Below, in pieces: positions 21,090 to 30,561 of a stretch of 32,000 bases of DNA. The notes beneath the pieces were generated by a model. It saw only the letters and a program-made list of their open reading frames with translations, was not told the origin of the DNA and ran no database searches. Made by a program: the position numbers and the translations under genes. Position 1 is the first letter of the stretch, and each line of letters opens with the position of its first letter. This DNA comes from Verrucomicrobiota bacterium (GTDB lineage Bacteria > Verrucomicrobiota > Verrucomicrobiia > Opitutales > LL51). The DNA lies in NCBI GenBank assembly GCA_021294815.2, contig CP095464.1:240001-272000 (forward strand), given 5' to 3'.

Positions 21090-22450
21090 TACATCCCAAC
21101 GACCTTCTTTAACATCTCGATCGTCTCATCAAAGGTGTTACACTCATTACGGCCCTGCTTGAGAAAGTTATTACACGCGTCGACACGGTCAATTGCCTCA
21201 TCAGTCACCGCATCTGAACCCCGCTTATACTCACCGATACGGACAAGTAGTTCGACTTCACTGTATTTGGCTAAAATTGTCCGCAACTTACTCGCTGCCG
21301 CCTTATGTTCTTCCGAAGCAATTGCCGCCATACAACGACTAATACTCGCCAAAATATCGATCGCCGGATAGTGGTTCGCCGCACCGAGTTTTCGAGAAAG
21401 AATAATATGTCCGTCTAAGATGGAACGTGTTTCATCCGCAATCGGCTCCGTCATATCGTCACCTTCAACTAGGACGGTATAAAGCGCTGTAATCGAACCT
21501 TTGGCAGACTGCCCGGCACGCTCCATGAGCTTCGGCAACTCCGAAAAGACTGAAGGCGGAAATCCACGACGAGCAGGAGGCTCACCCGCCGCAAGACCAA
21601 TCTCACGTTGCGCACGACCAAAACGAGTAACCGAGTCCATCATCAAGAGGACCTTTTTGTTTTTATCACGAAAATATTCCGCAATGGCTGTCGCAACATA
21701 AGCCGCCTTAAGACGTTCCATCGATGAACGGTCCGAGGTCGCAATGACCAAAATCGCTCGCTTCATGCCCTCAGGGCCAAGATCTTTCTCAACAAACTCG
21801 CGGACCTCACGACCACGCTCACCGATCAGCGCCAAAACACTGAGCTCTGCTTCGGTATTGCGGATAATCTGCGACAAAAGCGTACTTTTACCACCACCAG
21901 CCGCTGCGAAAATTCCAAGACGCTGCCCTTCACCACAGGTTAACAAGCCATCGAGTGCACGTACTCCCAATGAAATTGGTGTCGAAATCGGCGCACGCGA
22001 CATCGCTGGCGGCGGGCTCGCATAAACCGGATAATACGTTTCCGGAATAAATTCTCCCTTCTCGGCAATTGATTCCGCCGTTACACGCCCCAGTCCATCG
22101 ACAACACGCCCTAAAAGATCATCTCCGACACCAACGGTGTGTACATCTCCCGTTGGAATCACCTCCGTTGCCGAGGAAACACCACGCAATTCCCCTAACG
22201 GACTCAAAATGGCGGCTTGCTTCTCAAATCCGACAACCTCTGTCCAAACTTCTGTTTCCTCCCAAGGTGTTCGTAAAATACACAGTTCTCCAACTTTTAC
22301 GTTCGGGACCATCGCCTTGATAATGGTTCCCAAAACTTGCAGAACCTTACCCTTCGTCTTAACGGTCTTTGTCTCCTCAAGCAACTGGTCGAGGGTTACT
22401 GTGACGCGGTCGTAGGGGTTCGACGAAACAATTGTATTGGGGTTTGCCAT
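21089..22450 (-). CDS. sctN: T3SS ATPase SctN (YscN/InvC/FliI family)
   Basis: 453 aa with Walker [15 protein letters not shown] and Walker [12 protein letters not shown]. The F1/T3SS-ATPase blocks [16 protein letters not shown] and [23 protein letters not shown] are present. Confidence 0.95.
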   Translation of the reverse strand: MANPNTIVSSNPYDRVTVTLDQLLEETKTVKTKGKVLQVLGTIIKAMVPNVKVGELCILRTPWEETEVWTEVVGFEKQAAILSPLGELRGVSSATEVIPTGDVHTVGVGDDLLGRVVDGLGRVTAESIAEKGEFIPETYYPVYASPPPAMSRAPISTPISLGVRALDGLLTCGEGQRLGIFAAAGGGKSTLLSQIIRNTEAELSVLALIGERGREVREFVEKDLGPEGMKRAILVIATSDRSSMERLKAAYVATAIAEYFRDKNKKVLLMMDSVTRFGRAQREIGLAAGEPPARRGFPPSVFSELPKLMERAGQSAKGSITALYTVLVEGDDMTEPIADETRSILDGHIILSRKLGAANHYPAIDILASISRCMAAIASEEHKAAASKLRTILAKYSEVELLVRIGEYKRGSDAVTDEAIDRVDACNNFLKQGRNECNTFDETIEMLKKVVGM

Positions 22451-23370
22451 TACGCTTCCTCGTTTTCGTTGTCGGCATCGATTTCCTCAACCTTGTCCTC
22501 AGTGGCTGTTGCCTCTTTTGTTTTAGCTTGAAGCTCTGGTGCAGGCGGCTCAGACGAAGATACCAACAGGCTTTTTTCGGCTTTTTTGAATGCTTCCGTA
22601 ATGGCATTCATCTGAACTTCAAGGCTCGCGTCGACGACACCAATATCGGTCTCCAAAATACAAGTCCCGGGCTGGAGGCGCGAATCAGCAACGACTTCCA
22701 AATAGTCGACAATGCCATCCGCCATGACTTTCTCCATTTGACTGCGTACGATACCTGCATCTCTGGGCGATACTTTTAAAATGGCTTCACTCTGGTTTTT
22801 AACCGCTTTGAGGGCCTGGCGTGCAAGCGATACCATCAACGTCTCTTGGTCGACTTCTCCTAAAATTCGTTTGAGTGCCTTAAGTACAAGGCCGACGATG
22901 TTGTTTTCAAGCTGTTTGATATTGGCGCTATTTTTGATCGATGCTTCGGCTAACTGCTTTGCGAGTGTCTCCTTCCCCTGATCAAAACCGTCTTTGTAAC
23001 CTCGCTTTGCCTCCTGCGCGTAGTACTTTTTCGCTTCGGCGAGAATTTCTTGGCGCTTTTTTTCAGTTTCCGCTAAAAGCGTCTGGCTCTTTTGGTTGGC
23101 CTGCTGGATGATCGTTTCGGCATTCTGATTTGCCTGTGCAATAAGTGATGCAACGTTCTCATTCGCCTCCGTTACGAACTGCGACACTTGTCCATTGGTA
23201 TCAGAAACGAGTTTCTCGCACAGTTCGCTCGCGTACTGAATCAGCCGATCGTTCTCCTGATACGCCTCTGCGACTGCACGCTCCGCCTCGAGGTACATAC
23301 CGTAATCGTGGCACTTAAAAACCTTTCCCTGCGATAATAATTTAAACTTTGACCGATTGATCTGTAACAT
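22450..23370 (-). CDS. sctL: T3SS stator protein SctL (YscL/FliH family), unusually long with acidic tail
   Basis: 306 aa with a central coiled coil ([38 protein letters not shown]). The FliH/SctL-type C-terminal domain is present ([15 protein letters not shown]...[32 protein letters not shown]). Its stop overlaps the sctN ATG (TAATG). Confidence 0.8.
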   Translation of the reverse strand: MLQINRSKFKLLSQGKVFKCHDYGMYLEAERAVAEAYQENDRLIQYASELCEKLVSDTNGQVSQFVTEANENVASLIAQANQNAETIIQQANQKSQTLLAETEKKRQEILAEAKKYYAQEAKRGYKDGFDQGKETLAKQLAEASIKNSANIKQLENNIVGLVLKALKRILGEVDQETLMVSLARQALKAVKNQSEAILKVSPRDAGIVRSQMEKVMADGIVDYLEVVADSRLQPGTCILETDIGVVDASLEVQMNAITEAFKKAEKSLLVSSSEPPAPELQAKTKEATATEDKVEEIDADNENEEA

Positions 23371-23372
23371 TG

Positions 23373-24062
23373 CTATGCCCTCACCATCGCGACAGCGACA
23401 CTGCCGTCATCCTTTAGCGCCCGCTTTACGACGCGTTTAATAAACTCAAAACAGTACCCGGGATCTTCATCGGCATTGTGCCGAAAGTCCCACCCAAAAT
23501 TTTTCGGAAATTTCATTTGAAAACGCCGTAACATCGCTTCCGAAAGCCCCGATAATGCCATGCCGATCAGGGAACGTCCGGTATTCAACATGCGCTCAAC
23601 GAGATTTCCTCCTTCGACCTGAAAATGTTCCGCAACGACTGACTTCACAAATAACGGCGCATTGCGGATTGAAAAAGTGTAGGCGTCATTTCCTAGTGCA
23701 TGCTTGATCGCCAAAATTTCGCGCCCAATAATCGTCTTCCGGACCTGTTCCGAAAAACAGATACCGCCAATATATCCAATAATGCGCTGAATTTCTTCCG
23801 CTGAAAAAAGGCAGAGATACGAACGCGGTTCCGAGAAATCGTACACATCCTCCTCCAACTTCAGTGCTTCCCTCGCATATTGGATTGCCGCACATCGCAA
23901 TTTTGGCGAAGCTGCCAACGGACGTAACACCGACATCGGCAAGTCTTGAAGGTGGTCGTCATGCGCGTAGGCGAGCATCCCGTTATTGAACTGATAGATC
24001 TCCCGGAAAAGGTTTTCGCGATGCTGCCGTATCAAGGTTGTGACGTAATCGAGCGCTTCCAT
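23373..24062 (-). CDS. sctK: SctK-like T3SS sorting-platform/cytoplasmic component (positional assignment)
   Basis: The gene lies between sctJ and sctL. The ATG at 24062 (MEALDYVTTLIRQH...) is 2 nt after the sctJ stop and gives 229 aa, an SctK-like size. The longer ORF to 24191 would overlap sctJ by 127 nt. Sequence similarity to YscK could not be verified by eye. Confidence 0.5.
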   Translation of the reverse strand: MEALDYVTTLIRQHRENLFREIYQFNNGMLAYAHDDHLQDLPMSVLRPLAASPKLRCAAIQYAREALKLEEDVYDFSEPRSYLCLFSAEEIQRIIGYIGGICFSEQVRKTIIGREILAIKHALGNDAYTFSIRNAPLFVKSVVAEHFQVEGGNLVERMLNTGRSLIGMALSGLSEAMLRRFQMKFPKNFGWDFRHNADEDPGYCFEFIKRVVKRALKDDGSVAVAMVRA

Positions 24063-24064
24063 GA

Positions 24065-24928
24065 TTAATCTAACGATTCTTCTTGGGTTCCTTCCTCGGC
24101 AGCAACAGGGACAATATCCGACGCCTCCGCTAAGTTTTCGATCTCCGCGGTCTTTTCTTTTTTCTTCCGCTTCGTCGAAAGCCACATCCAAACGAGTGCG
24201 CCAATCAGAAGGAGAATTACCAACAGTAGCCCTCCTATGAGCATGAAGAACGGTACCTTATCGGCGTCACTAATGTCGATTCCCAGTACATTGATCGGCG
24301 AAGCATTCGGTGCAACAGCCTTTGGTAATGGCGGTAAGGTAATAGGGAAAAATGCAACGGAAACTTTTTCGGGACTCAGGCCTTCAACGCTGTTGGTCAC
24401 TAAATACTTGATCTGCTTCACGTAATCCTCAACCGGCGCATTCTGCCGATATGCGATAAATACCGCGGCGGAGGAAGGGACAATGTGCTCGGCGTAGGGG
24501 TCATTTTCCGGAATCACGATATGGACACGAGCCTTCAAAACATCCGGAATCTTACTGAGCGTCAATGCAACGCTCTCCGCGAGCGAATTCATAAAACGGA
24601 CGCGCTCTTCTAACGGCGATGAAACAAGACCGGATTTTTTAAATACATCTCCCAAAGTCTGGTACTTAGGCAACGGGTAACCGTAGGACTGCAAAAGGTC
24701 GACCGCCGTCGAAAAATTATCGCTCGCAACCGATAAAGCACAGCTCTCCTTGCCGATAATTTTCGTCCCCGTGATTCCATGCTGTTGGAGAAGTGCGATC
24801 ATCTCATTGACCTCCTGCTCCTCGAGCGCATTAAAAAGCACCGAGCTACCACAACCGCTCAACAATAAGCAAAACAGCGATACAATCCCCCTGAGCCCGT
24901 ATTTCCACGGCTTCCGATCTCCATCCAT
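24065..24928 (-). CDS. sctJ: T3SS inner-membrane ring lipoprotein SctJ (YscJ/EscJ/PrgK family)
   Basis: 287 aa with lipobox LLLSGC|GSS, followed by the family signature LFNALEEQEVNEMIALLQQHGITGTKI. It has a C-terminal TM helix (FFMLIGGLLLVILLLIGALVWMWL) and a charged tail. Confidence 0.9.
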   Translation of the reverse strand: MDGDRKPWKYGLRGIVSLFCLLLSGCGSSVLFNALEEQEVNEMIALLQQHGITGTKIIGKESCALSVASDNFSTAVDLLQSYGYPLPKYQTLGDVFKKSGLVSSPLEERVRFMNSLAESVALTLSKIPDVLKARVHIVIPENDPYAEHIVPSSAAVFIAYRQNAPVEDYVKQIKYLVTNSVEGLSPEKVSVAFFPITLPPLPKAVAPNASPINVLGIDISDADKVPFFMLIGGLLLVILLLIGALVWMWLSTKRKKKEKTAEIENLAEASDIVPVAAEEGTQEESLD

Positions 24929-24939
24929 ATCGTGAGGGG

Positions 24940-24966
24940 ATTATATGGAAGTAAAGTTTTAGTCAA
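24940..24966 (-). promoter_or_regulatory. Sigma70-like promoter candidate directly upstream of sctJ
   Basis: The minus strand reads TTGACT (24966-24961), a 15-nt spacer, then a perfect TATAAT (24945-24940). Only 11 nt (cccctcacgat) separate the -10 from the sctJ ATG, and there is no Shine-Dalgarno sequence. Confidence 0.35.
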
Positions 24967-24986
24967 ACCGTAAAACAGCAAAAACC

Positions 24987-25481
24987 TCAGTGTGCGAGCA
25001 ATGGTGCCGCAATATGAATTACGAGGCAAGTCGCAAAGGCCGCTGCAATATCATCGAGCATGATTCCCGCTCCACCCCGCATTTTTTGAAGCGATCGGAT
25101 CCCGCAGGGCTTCCAAATATCAAAGACGCGAAACAGAATAAAGCCCCAAAGTATGAGCTTCCAGGGTTCGAGGTATTCAGCAAACTTTTCGCAATTCCAG
25201 TAACAGAGCGGCATCGCCAAAAACTCATCGAGAATGACACACGACGGATCTTTTTCTCCAATCCGCACCTCGGCTTCGCCACAAAAACAGGTCCCGATCG
25301 CGACCGAAATCCCAAACGCCAATAAAAATTGCCCGAAAGAAATATGCCAAAAACCTAAAAGATACCAAAAGATGCCCGCAAAGGATCCAATTGTTCCCGG
25401 CGCAACCGGACATCGTCCCAATGGCCCTAAAGTCGCCACATTGAGCACAAACCGATCGGGTAATGCCGCTAAAAGTCGCAT
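24987..25481 (-). CDS. pgpA: Phosphatidylglycerophosphatase A
   Basis: 164 aa. The sequence VATLGPLGRCPVAPGTIGS plus the downstream FRVFDIWKP and MLDDIAA blocks is typical of PgpA. Confidence 0.85.
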   Translation of the reverse strand: MRLLAALPDRFVLNVATLGPLGRCPVAPGTIGSFAGIFWYLLGFWHISFGQFLLAFGISVAIGTCFCGEAEVRIGEKDPSCVILDEFLAMPLCYWNCEKFAEYLEPWKLILWGFILFRVFDIWKPCGIRSLQKMRGGAGIMLDDIAAAFATCLVIHIAAPLLAH

Positions 25482-26077
25482 CCGCCAACTCCTTTCGAAT
25501 CCCGATCATCAAAAAGATCGCGGTAGCGGTGGATGTAATACCCCCCTGACAGGACGGTTAGGATAAACGCGACGCCAAACGTAATCAGTGCCGCCCCATA
25601 GATCATCCGCTCAAACCAATGTGGGAAAAACGGAAGATCGGATCGGATCATTTGACTTGAGAGAAAAAGGCCCACGGTCACGGTTTGCATCACCGTCTTA
25701 ATTTTTCCGATACGTTCGGCGCCCAGAACAATTCCACGGCTCGAGGCGACGAGGCGCAAGCCCGTAATGAAAAACTCGCGTCCCATGATAACGAGCACAA
25801 AAAACAACGTCCATCGCGGCATTACCCCTAAGACCAAGATCGAAATAAAGAGCCCGATCATAAAAATCTTATCGGTGAGTGCATCCATGAAACGTCCGAA
25901 GGTCGAGACTATGTCGCAACGCCGCGCAATGTAGCCATCAAGCCAGTCACTCAGCGCCGCAACGAGATACACAAAAAAACCAATCGTTTTTGCGAATGGA
26001 ATTGGAACACACAAGAGTCCCACCACAATGAATAGCAGTGGGATCCGAGAAAGTGTGACGTAATTTGCAATATTCAA
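25469..26077 (-). CDS. pgsA: CDP-diacylglycerol--glycerol-3-phosphate 3-phosphatidyltransferase
   Basis: The CDP-alcohol phosphatidyltransferase motif D-G-x2-A-R-x8-G-x3-D-x3-D is present as DGYIARRCDIVSTFGRFMDALTD. The N-terminus is NIANYVTLSRI. The gene overlaps pgpA by 13 nt. Confidence 0.9.
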   Translation of the reverse strand: MNIANYVTLSRIPLLFIVVGLLCVPIPFAKTIGFFVYLVAALSDWLDGYIARRCDIVSTFGRFMDALTDKIFMIGLFISILVLGVMPRWTLFFVLVIMGREFFITGLRLVASSRGIVLGAERIGKIKTVMQTVTVGLFLSSQMIRSDLPFFPHWFERMIYGAALITFGVAFILTVLSGGYYIHRYRDLFDDRDSKGVGGCDF

Positions 26078-26079
26078 GA

Positions 26080-26748
26080 CTAGTGCGTCGCCGCGGCTAC
26101 AGGTGCTGGTGCCGGTTGATCCGCGTTAAGCTTTGCGAGTACTTCTTCCGTAATGTTAAAGCGCTCATCGGCAAAAAACACCATGGGGTTCTCCTGATCA
26201 ATCACCAATGTAAACCCATGTGCAACCGCCACATCTCTAATACGTTGCTTCACGAGGGTCGCGATCTTTTCGCCCTCCTCGATGCGCACTTGGAGAATCC
26301 GTTGCTCGGAATTCGTTTTAAAATCATGGATCGCGTGAGTCTTTTGCTCAAGCATGAGCCGTTTCGATGCCAGCGTTTCCTGAGTTTTTTTCTTCGCATC
26401 CGCATTGAGCGCCGGATTATTGAGCGTTTCTTCGAGTTTTTGGCATTCCTTCGAGAGCTCTTCGTGCTCCGAAACCATCGAATTCAACTGCTTTTGTGCC
26501 GCTTCGTACTCATCCGTTATGCGCTTATTGAGCGCTGTCACGCGATAGTACCCCTCGGTCAAACGCTGCGCATTCACAAATCCAATACGGTGCTCCACCT
26601 GAATCTTTTCCACAGGCTTCGCCGGTGCCGCCATTTTAGGCGCCACCTTAGTAGAGGCGGTCTTTTCCTCAGGTTTTGCGAACAGGAAGCCGGCTCCGAC
26701 ACCGACAACCCCGAGCGCTCCTAGATACATTCCAAGTTTCTTCATCAT
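26080..26748 (-). CDS. skp: OmpH/Skp-like periplasmic chaperone
   Basis: 222 aa with a signal peptide (MMKKLGMYLGALGVVGVGAGFLFA). Long charged helices (QKQLNSMVSEHEELSKECQKLEETL) are flanked by beta segments (IGFVN; GFTLVIDQ). Confidence 0.7.
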   Translation of the reverse strand: MMKKLGMYLGALGVVGVGAGFLFAKPEEKTASTKVAPKMAAPAKPVEKIQVEHRIGFVNAQRLTEGYYRVTALNKRITDEYEAAQKQLNSMVSEHEELSKECQKLEETLNNPALNADAKKKTQETLASKRLMLEQKTHAIHDFKTNSEQRILQVRIEEGEKIATLVKQRIRDVAVAHGFTLVIDQENPMVFFADERFNITEEVLAKLNADQPAPAPVAAATH

Positions 26749-26755
26749 CTTTCAA

Positions 26756-27361
26756 TTACCAAATTTTTTCAACAATCGCATCCGCCAAGCCATATTCAAT
26801 CGCCTCGCGGGCATTCATATAAAAATCACGATCGGTATCTTTCTGAATTTTTTCCAATGGCTGTCCCGACGCCTCAGCAAGAATCCGATTCATCTCATTT
26901 CGCGTTTTTTCCATCTCTTCTGCCTGGATCCCGATATCGACAGCGGGTGCATAAAACCGACCCGAAATTAGGGGTTGGTGAATCAAAACCCGCGCACTTG
27001 GGTACAAAAACCGGTGACCTTTTTTCGGTCCACACAACAAAATCGATCCCATACTCGCGGCGAGGCCCGTTACGATGACCTCAATCGGCGACTTCATGAG
27101 CTTCATCGTGTCATAGATTGCCATTCCAGCGGTAATAGACCCGCCTGGGGTATTGACAAAAAACTGAATTTTCTTGCCCGGATCAACAAGCTCAAGGTAA
27201 AGCAATTTTTCCGTAATTTCTTTCGCGGAGCGGTCTTCTACTGCCCCCCATAGAAAAACTTTCCGCTCTTCCAAAAACTTCTTCTGGATGATCGCAGCAT
27301 ACGCACCACCCTTCTGCGTTCCTTCAATGACTTCGCCGTCTTCGTCCTCGTCAAACCTCAT
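26756..27361 (-). CDS. clpP: ATP-dependent Clp protease proteolytic subunit
   Basis: 201 aa with the catalytic Ser context GLAASMGS, His context VLIHQP and Asp context DTDRD. The block INTPGG appears here as VNTPGGSITAGMAIYDTM. Confidence 0.95.
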   Translation of the reverse strand: MRFDEDEDGEVIEGTQKGGAYAAIIQKKFLEERKVFLWGAVEDRSAKEITEKLLYLELVDPGKKIQFFVNTPGGSITAGMAIYDTMKLMKSPIEVIVTGLAASMGSILLCGPKKGHRFLYPSARVLIHQPLISGRFYAPAVDIGIQAEEMEKTRNEMNRILAEASGQPLEKIQKDTDRDFYMNAREAIEYGLADAIVEKIW

Positions 27362-27412
27362 GCTACCTCGGGCGACAGTAGAACAATTTTACTGGCAAAA
27401 TCAACGAAATAA

Positions 27413-27673
27413 ATGGATAAAAAACTTGACGTTCCCATGGATAAACCTCAGCATACCGAGGTCCGATTTATGAGGAACGATTATCTGCAGGCTGCGCAAT
27501 GTGTGATCGAAGACCCGATGATTTTGGTTAACGTCGTCTCAAAGCGCGTTAAACAGCTTAAGTTCGGCGAACGCCCGTTGATCGATTCACTTGAAAAACT
27601 CGAGCCCGAAGATATCGCCTTACGCGAGATTGCAGAGCATAAAATTACGTACAAACTTTACTCCAAGGCCTAA
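27413..27673 (+). CDS. rpoZ: DNA-directed RNA polymerase subunit omega
   Basis: The core ILVNVVSKRVKQLKFGERPLI....K.EDIALREIAEHKI fits RpoZ. The start is more likely the ATG at 27470 (MRNDYLQ), which has GAGG 9 nt upstream and gives 67 aa. Confidence 0.7.
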   Translation: MDKKLDVPMDKPQHTEVRFMRNDYLQAAQCVIEDPMILVNVVSKRVKQLKFGERPLIDSLEKLEPEDIALREIAEHKITYKLYSKA

Positions 27674-27690
27674 AATTCTATACCGGGGAT

Positions 27691-28161
27691 ATGGCAAAAA
27701 ACGCCCCGGAAATCCGCAATAGGAAAGCCGCTCACGACTACATTATCGGTGATACATTCGAGGCGGGGATTGTGCTCCATGGAACCGAGGTAAAGTCGGT
27801 AAAGTTAGGCCATGCTCAGATTAATGAGGCCTTTGTTCGCATCGATAAACGAGGACGTCCGGTGTTATTTAACGCGCAAATCGACGAATATGCCTTCGGA
27901 AATTACGCTAACCACGAGGCAAAACAAGAGCGATTTTTATTGCTTCATGCCCGAGAGATCCGCCATATTCGTAGTGCGCTCGAGCAAGAGGGATTTTCAG
28001 CTATCCCGCTCAAAATGTACGTCACACACGGGCTCGTGAAGCTGCTCTTTGGGCTTTGCAAGGGTAAGAAACTCTACGATAAGCGCCACGACCTCCGCCA
28101 GCGCACCGAACTCCGAGAAGCAGAACGCTATCTCGCTCAACGTTACCGATCACACGACTAA
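27691..28161 (+). CDS. smpB: SsrA-binding protein SmpB
   Basis: 156 aa with NRKAAHDYIIGDTFEAGIVLHGTEVKS and RFLLLHAREI. The basic C-terminal tail is as expected for SmpB. Confidence 0.95.
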   Translation: MAKNAPEIRNRKAAHDYIIGDTFEAGIVLHGTEVKSVKLGHAQINEAFVRIDKRGRPVLFNAQIDEYAFGNYANHEAKQERFLLLHAREIRHIRSALEQEGFSAIPLKMYVTHGLVKLLFGLCKGKKLYDKRHDLRQRTELREAERYLAQRYRSHD

Positions 28162-28171
28162 AAAGCTCATC

Positions 28172-28258
28172 TGGTGGTGAGGGAGCGATTCGAACGCCCG
28201 AAAGGCAATGCCTGACAGATTTACAGTCTGCACCCTTTAGCCACTTGGATACCTCACC
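28172..28258 (-). tRNA. tRNA-Tyr (anticodon GTA), class II, CCA encoded
   Basis: The reverse complement is GGTGAGGTATCCAAGTGGCTAAAGGGTGCAGACTGTAAATCTGTCAGGCATTGCCTTTCGGGCGTTCGAATCGCTCCCTCACCACCA. It parallels E. coli tRNA-Tyr element for element: acceptor GGTGAGG/CCTCACC, loop CTGTAAA and a long variable arm. Confidence 0.9.
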
Positions 28259-28317
28259 AGACCAGCGCCACCCTACCAAGCCACCGCGCCATGGCAAGAA
28301 AAAACATTGCTTAGAGG

Positions 28318-30513
28318 CTAGCTGTTAATGAGGCTAAGCGATTCGGCCGAAACCTCGGGATGAAATAGGAGCGGCAATCCGGTAATACGCCGCGTACTCT
28401 GCTTGTTACTAACTGCAATTCGATAGGCTTTCGGATCCCCCACTAAAAACACTTTGTTGCGACCACGCGTCACAGCGGTATAGAGGAGATTGCGCTGCAA
28501 CATAACATAGTGCTGTGTCAGTAGTGGGATGACGACGATTGGAAACTCGCTCCCCTGGGACTTGTGAATACTAATCGCATAAGCCAGCGCTAAATCGCCC
28601 AACTCTCCTTTGGAAAGTAACACCCTTTCGTCATTAAATGTGACTGTCAATGTTTCATCATCGGCATTAACACGGCTAATGTACCCAAGGTCTCCATTAA
28701 AAATATTTTTTTCGTAATTATTGCGTAGCTGGATAACTTTGTCACCCAAACGATAACGGCACCACGGAACCTGATTTGCTTTTGACGAAAAACATTCCTG
28801 TAAACGGGTATTGAGAGCATCGATACCCGCCGTTCCCCTGTGCAATGGCGCTAAAATCTGGATATCACTGACGGGATGAATGCGATAGCACTGCGGGAGG
28901 AGTTTTGTGCATAGCTGTTCGACTTTCGCAACACAGTCTTCGGGTGATTCCGCTGCAATAAAAGTGAAATCGCGTTCTGGATCCCACTGATCTAGGGAAA
29001 TTACTTCCGGCAATGTCTCTAAGTCTTCATGGATAATACGATGCGCCCACTGCGTGATCTCGCTATGTTTGCCTTGCCGAAAAATTTTAACGAGGTACGT
29101 GACTGAAAAAAATCCCGAACCAATGAAGTCTGCCAAAATATTGCCCGCACCCACAGAAGGCAACTGATCATTGTCCCCCACTAATAATATGTGCGCTTCC
29201 GGCGGGATAGCGACAAATAGCGAGACTGCGAGACGCGTATCAATCATGCTCGTCTCATCGATGATGACAAAGTCAAATGGCAATTGATTCTCTCCGTCAT
29301 ACGAAAAACTACCCGTCTGCGGGTTGTACTGCAACAGTCGGTGAATCGTCTTGGCCTCGCAGCCCGTTGTTTCAGCCATCTTTTGCGCTGCACGTCCTGT
29401 GGGCGCCGCAAGTCCAATTCGCACATTTTTGGCTCTTAAAATCGAAACGAGTGCCCGGAGAATTGTTGTCTTTCCCGTCCCTGGTCCCCCTGTAATAATC
29501 GATAATTTCTGTCCTAGCGCGTTTCGTAACGCTGCAACCTGTTCGGAGGCGAGAGGGAACCCTTCGCGCTTTTGTGCCCACGCAATTGCACCCTCGATGT
29601 TAATCGGCGGCAACGATGAACGTCCTGAACGCAGACGCTTTAAGGCTTCGAGCAATTGCGTCTCATAACTCGCCATAAGCTCGAGTTGTATCAAATCGCC
29701 CTTCAGGAATCGTACACGGCCAAACGAAATAAGTGTCTTAATTCGTGCTTCGATTTTCTCGCTGCCGATCGCTAAAAGCTGCTGAACGAGCCCTAAAAAT
29801 TCCTTTAACGGGTATGCGGTATGGCCCTGTGTTGCGATCTCGGAAAAAATATGCAAAATCCCAGCATCGATCCGCGCAATATGGTTACTGGGAATACCGA
29901 TGTTTTGCGCAATTTTGTCGGCAGTTTTAAATCCGATCCCTTCAACTTCACGCGCTACCCGGTAGGGATCTGATTGAAGGATCTGTTTCGCCTCATTGCC
30001 ATACTTTCGGTAAAGCCGCAAACAAAGCGCATTGGAAATATCGTAGGTCTGCAAAAAAATCATGATATCCCGCAACGCGTACTGCTCGTCCCAGGCCGCC
30101 TTAATGCTCCTTGCCCGAACCACACCAATCCCCGGAACTTCGGTCAATCGCGCCGATTCCGTTGAGATAATATCCAGAGTATCCGCACCGAAATAATCGA
30201 CAATTTTATCGGCATATACTTTGCCGATGCCATGAATCATCCCACTGCTGAGGTACTTGCGAATTCCACTAACATCTGCTGGAAGCGCCGCCGAAAATGA
30301 CTCAATTTCAAATTGGCGCCCAAACTTAGGGTGTTCTGTCCAAGATCCGTGAAGTGTTAAGGTCTCGCCGCAATTGGCTCCCGGAACCTTACCACAAGCC
30401 GTAAATGTCCCCAACGAAGAATCCGTTGAACGCATCGCCATGATCGCAAAAAACGTCTCTTCATTGCGGTAAACGATACGCTCTAATACGGCTTGGAGGG
30501 TCTCTGTACTCAT
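28318..30513 (-). CDS. recD2: RecD2-type SF1B ATP-dependent DNA helicase
   Basis: Walker A is ITGGPGTGKTT and Walker B is FVIIDETSM. Motifs GDNDQLPSVGAG and the C-terminal SIHKSQGSEF...LLYTAVTRGR are present, along with N-terminal OB and HhH regions. The ORF track starts at a TTG at 30549. The ATG at 30513 (MSTETLQAVLERIVYRNEETFF) fits the family N-terminus. Confidence 0.9.
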   Translation of the reverse strand: MSTETLQAVLERIVYRNEETFFAIMAMRSTDSSLGTFTACGKVPGANCGETLTLHGSWTEHPKFGRQFEIESFSAALPADVSGIRKYLSSGMIHGIGKVYADKIVDYFGADTLDIISTESARLTEVPGIGVVRARSIKAAWDEQYALRDIMIFLQTYDISNALCLRLYRKYGNEAKQILQSDPYRVAREVEGIGFKTADKIAQNIGIPSNHIARIDAGILHIFSEIATQGHTAYPLKEFLGLVQQLLAIGSEKIEARIKTLISFGRVRFLKGDLIQLELMASYETQLLEALKRLRSGRSSLPPINIEGAIAWAQKREGFPLASEQVAALRNALGQKLSIITGGPGTGKTTILRALVSILRAKNVRIGLAAPTGRAAQKMAETTGCEAKTIHRLLQYNPQTGSFSYDGENQLPFDFVIIDETSMIDTRLAVSLFVAIPPEAHILLVGDNDQLPSVGAGNILADFIGSGFFSVTYLVKIFRQGKHSEITQWAHRIIHEDLETLPEVISLDQWDPERDFTFIAAESPEDCVAKVEQLCTKLLPQCYRIHPVSDIQILAPLHRGTAGIDALNTRLQECFSSKANQVPWCRYRLGDKVIQLRNNYEKNIFNGDLGYISRVNADDETLTVTFNDERVLLSKGELGDLALAYAISIHKSQGSEFPIVVIPLLTQHYVMLQRNLLYTAVTRGRNKVFLVGDPKAYRIAVSNKQSTRRITGLPLLFHPEVSAESLSLINS

Positions 30514-30561
30514 TCCCGCGCGCGTCGAGGGAGCACAAATCCCCTTCAAAGTAAAGCTAAA

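Noticed and set aside
24063..24191. Long 272-aa version of the SctK-like ORF starting at 24191
   Set aside because: It would overlap the 3' end of sctJ by 127 nt and encode an odd Cys/Arg-rich leader (GYCPCCCRGRNPRR). The ATG at 24062 lies 2 nt after the sctJ stop, matching the coupling seen across the rest of the operon.
26065..26724. 219-aa + strand ORF
   Set aside because: It is antisense to the skp/OmpH-like gene, has an Arg/Leu/Phe/His-rich composition typical of shadow frames, and has no recognisable motifs.
28162..28317. Expected tmRNA (ssrA) next to smpB
   Set aside because: The only structured RNA here folds as an ordinary tRNA-Tyr(GTA). There is no tag-peptide ORF or tRNA-Ala-like acceptor.
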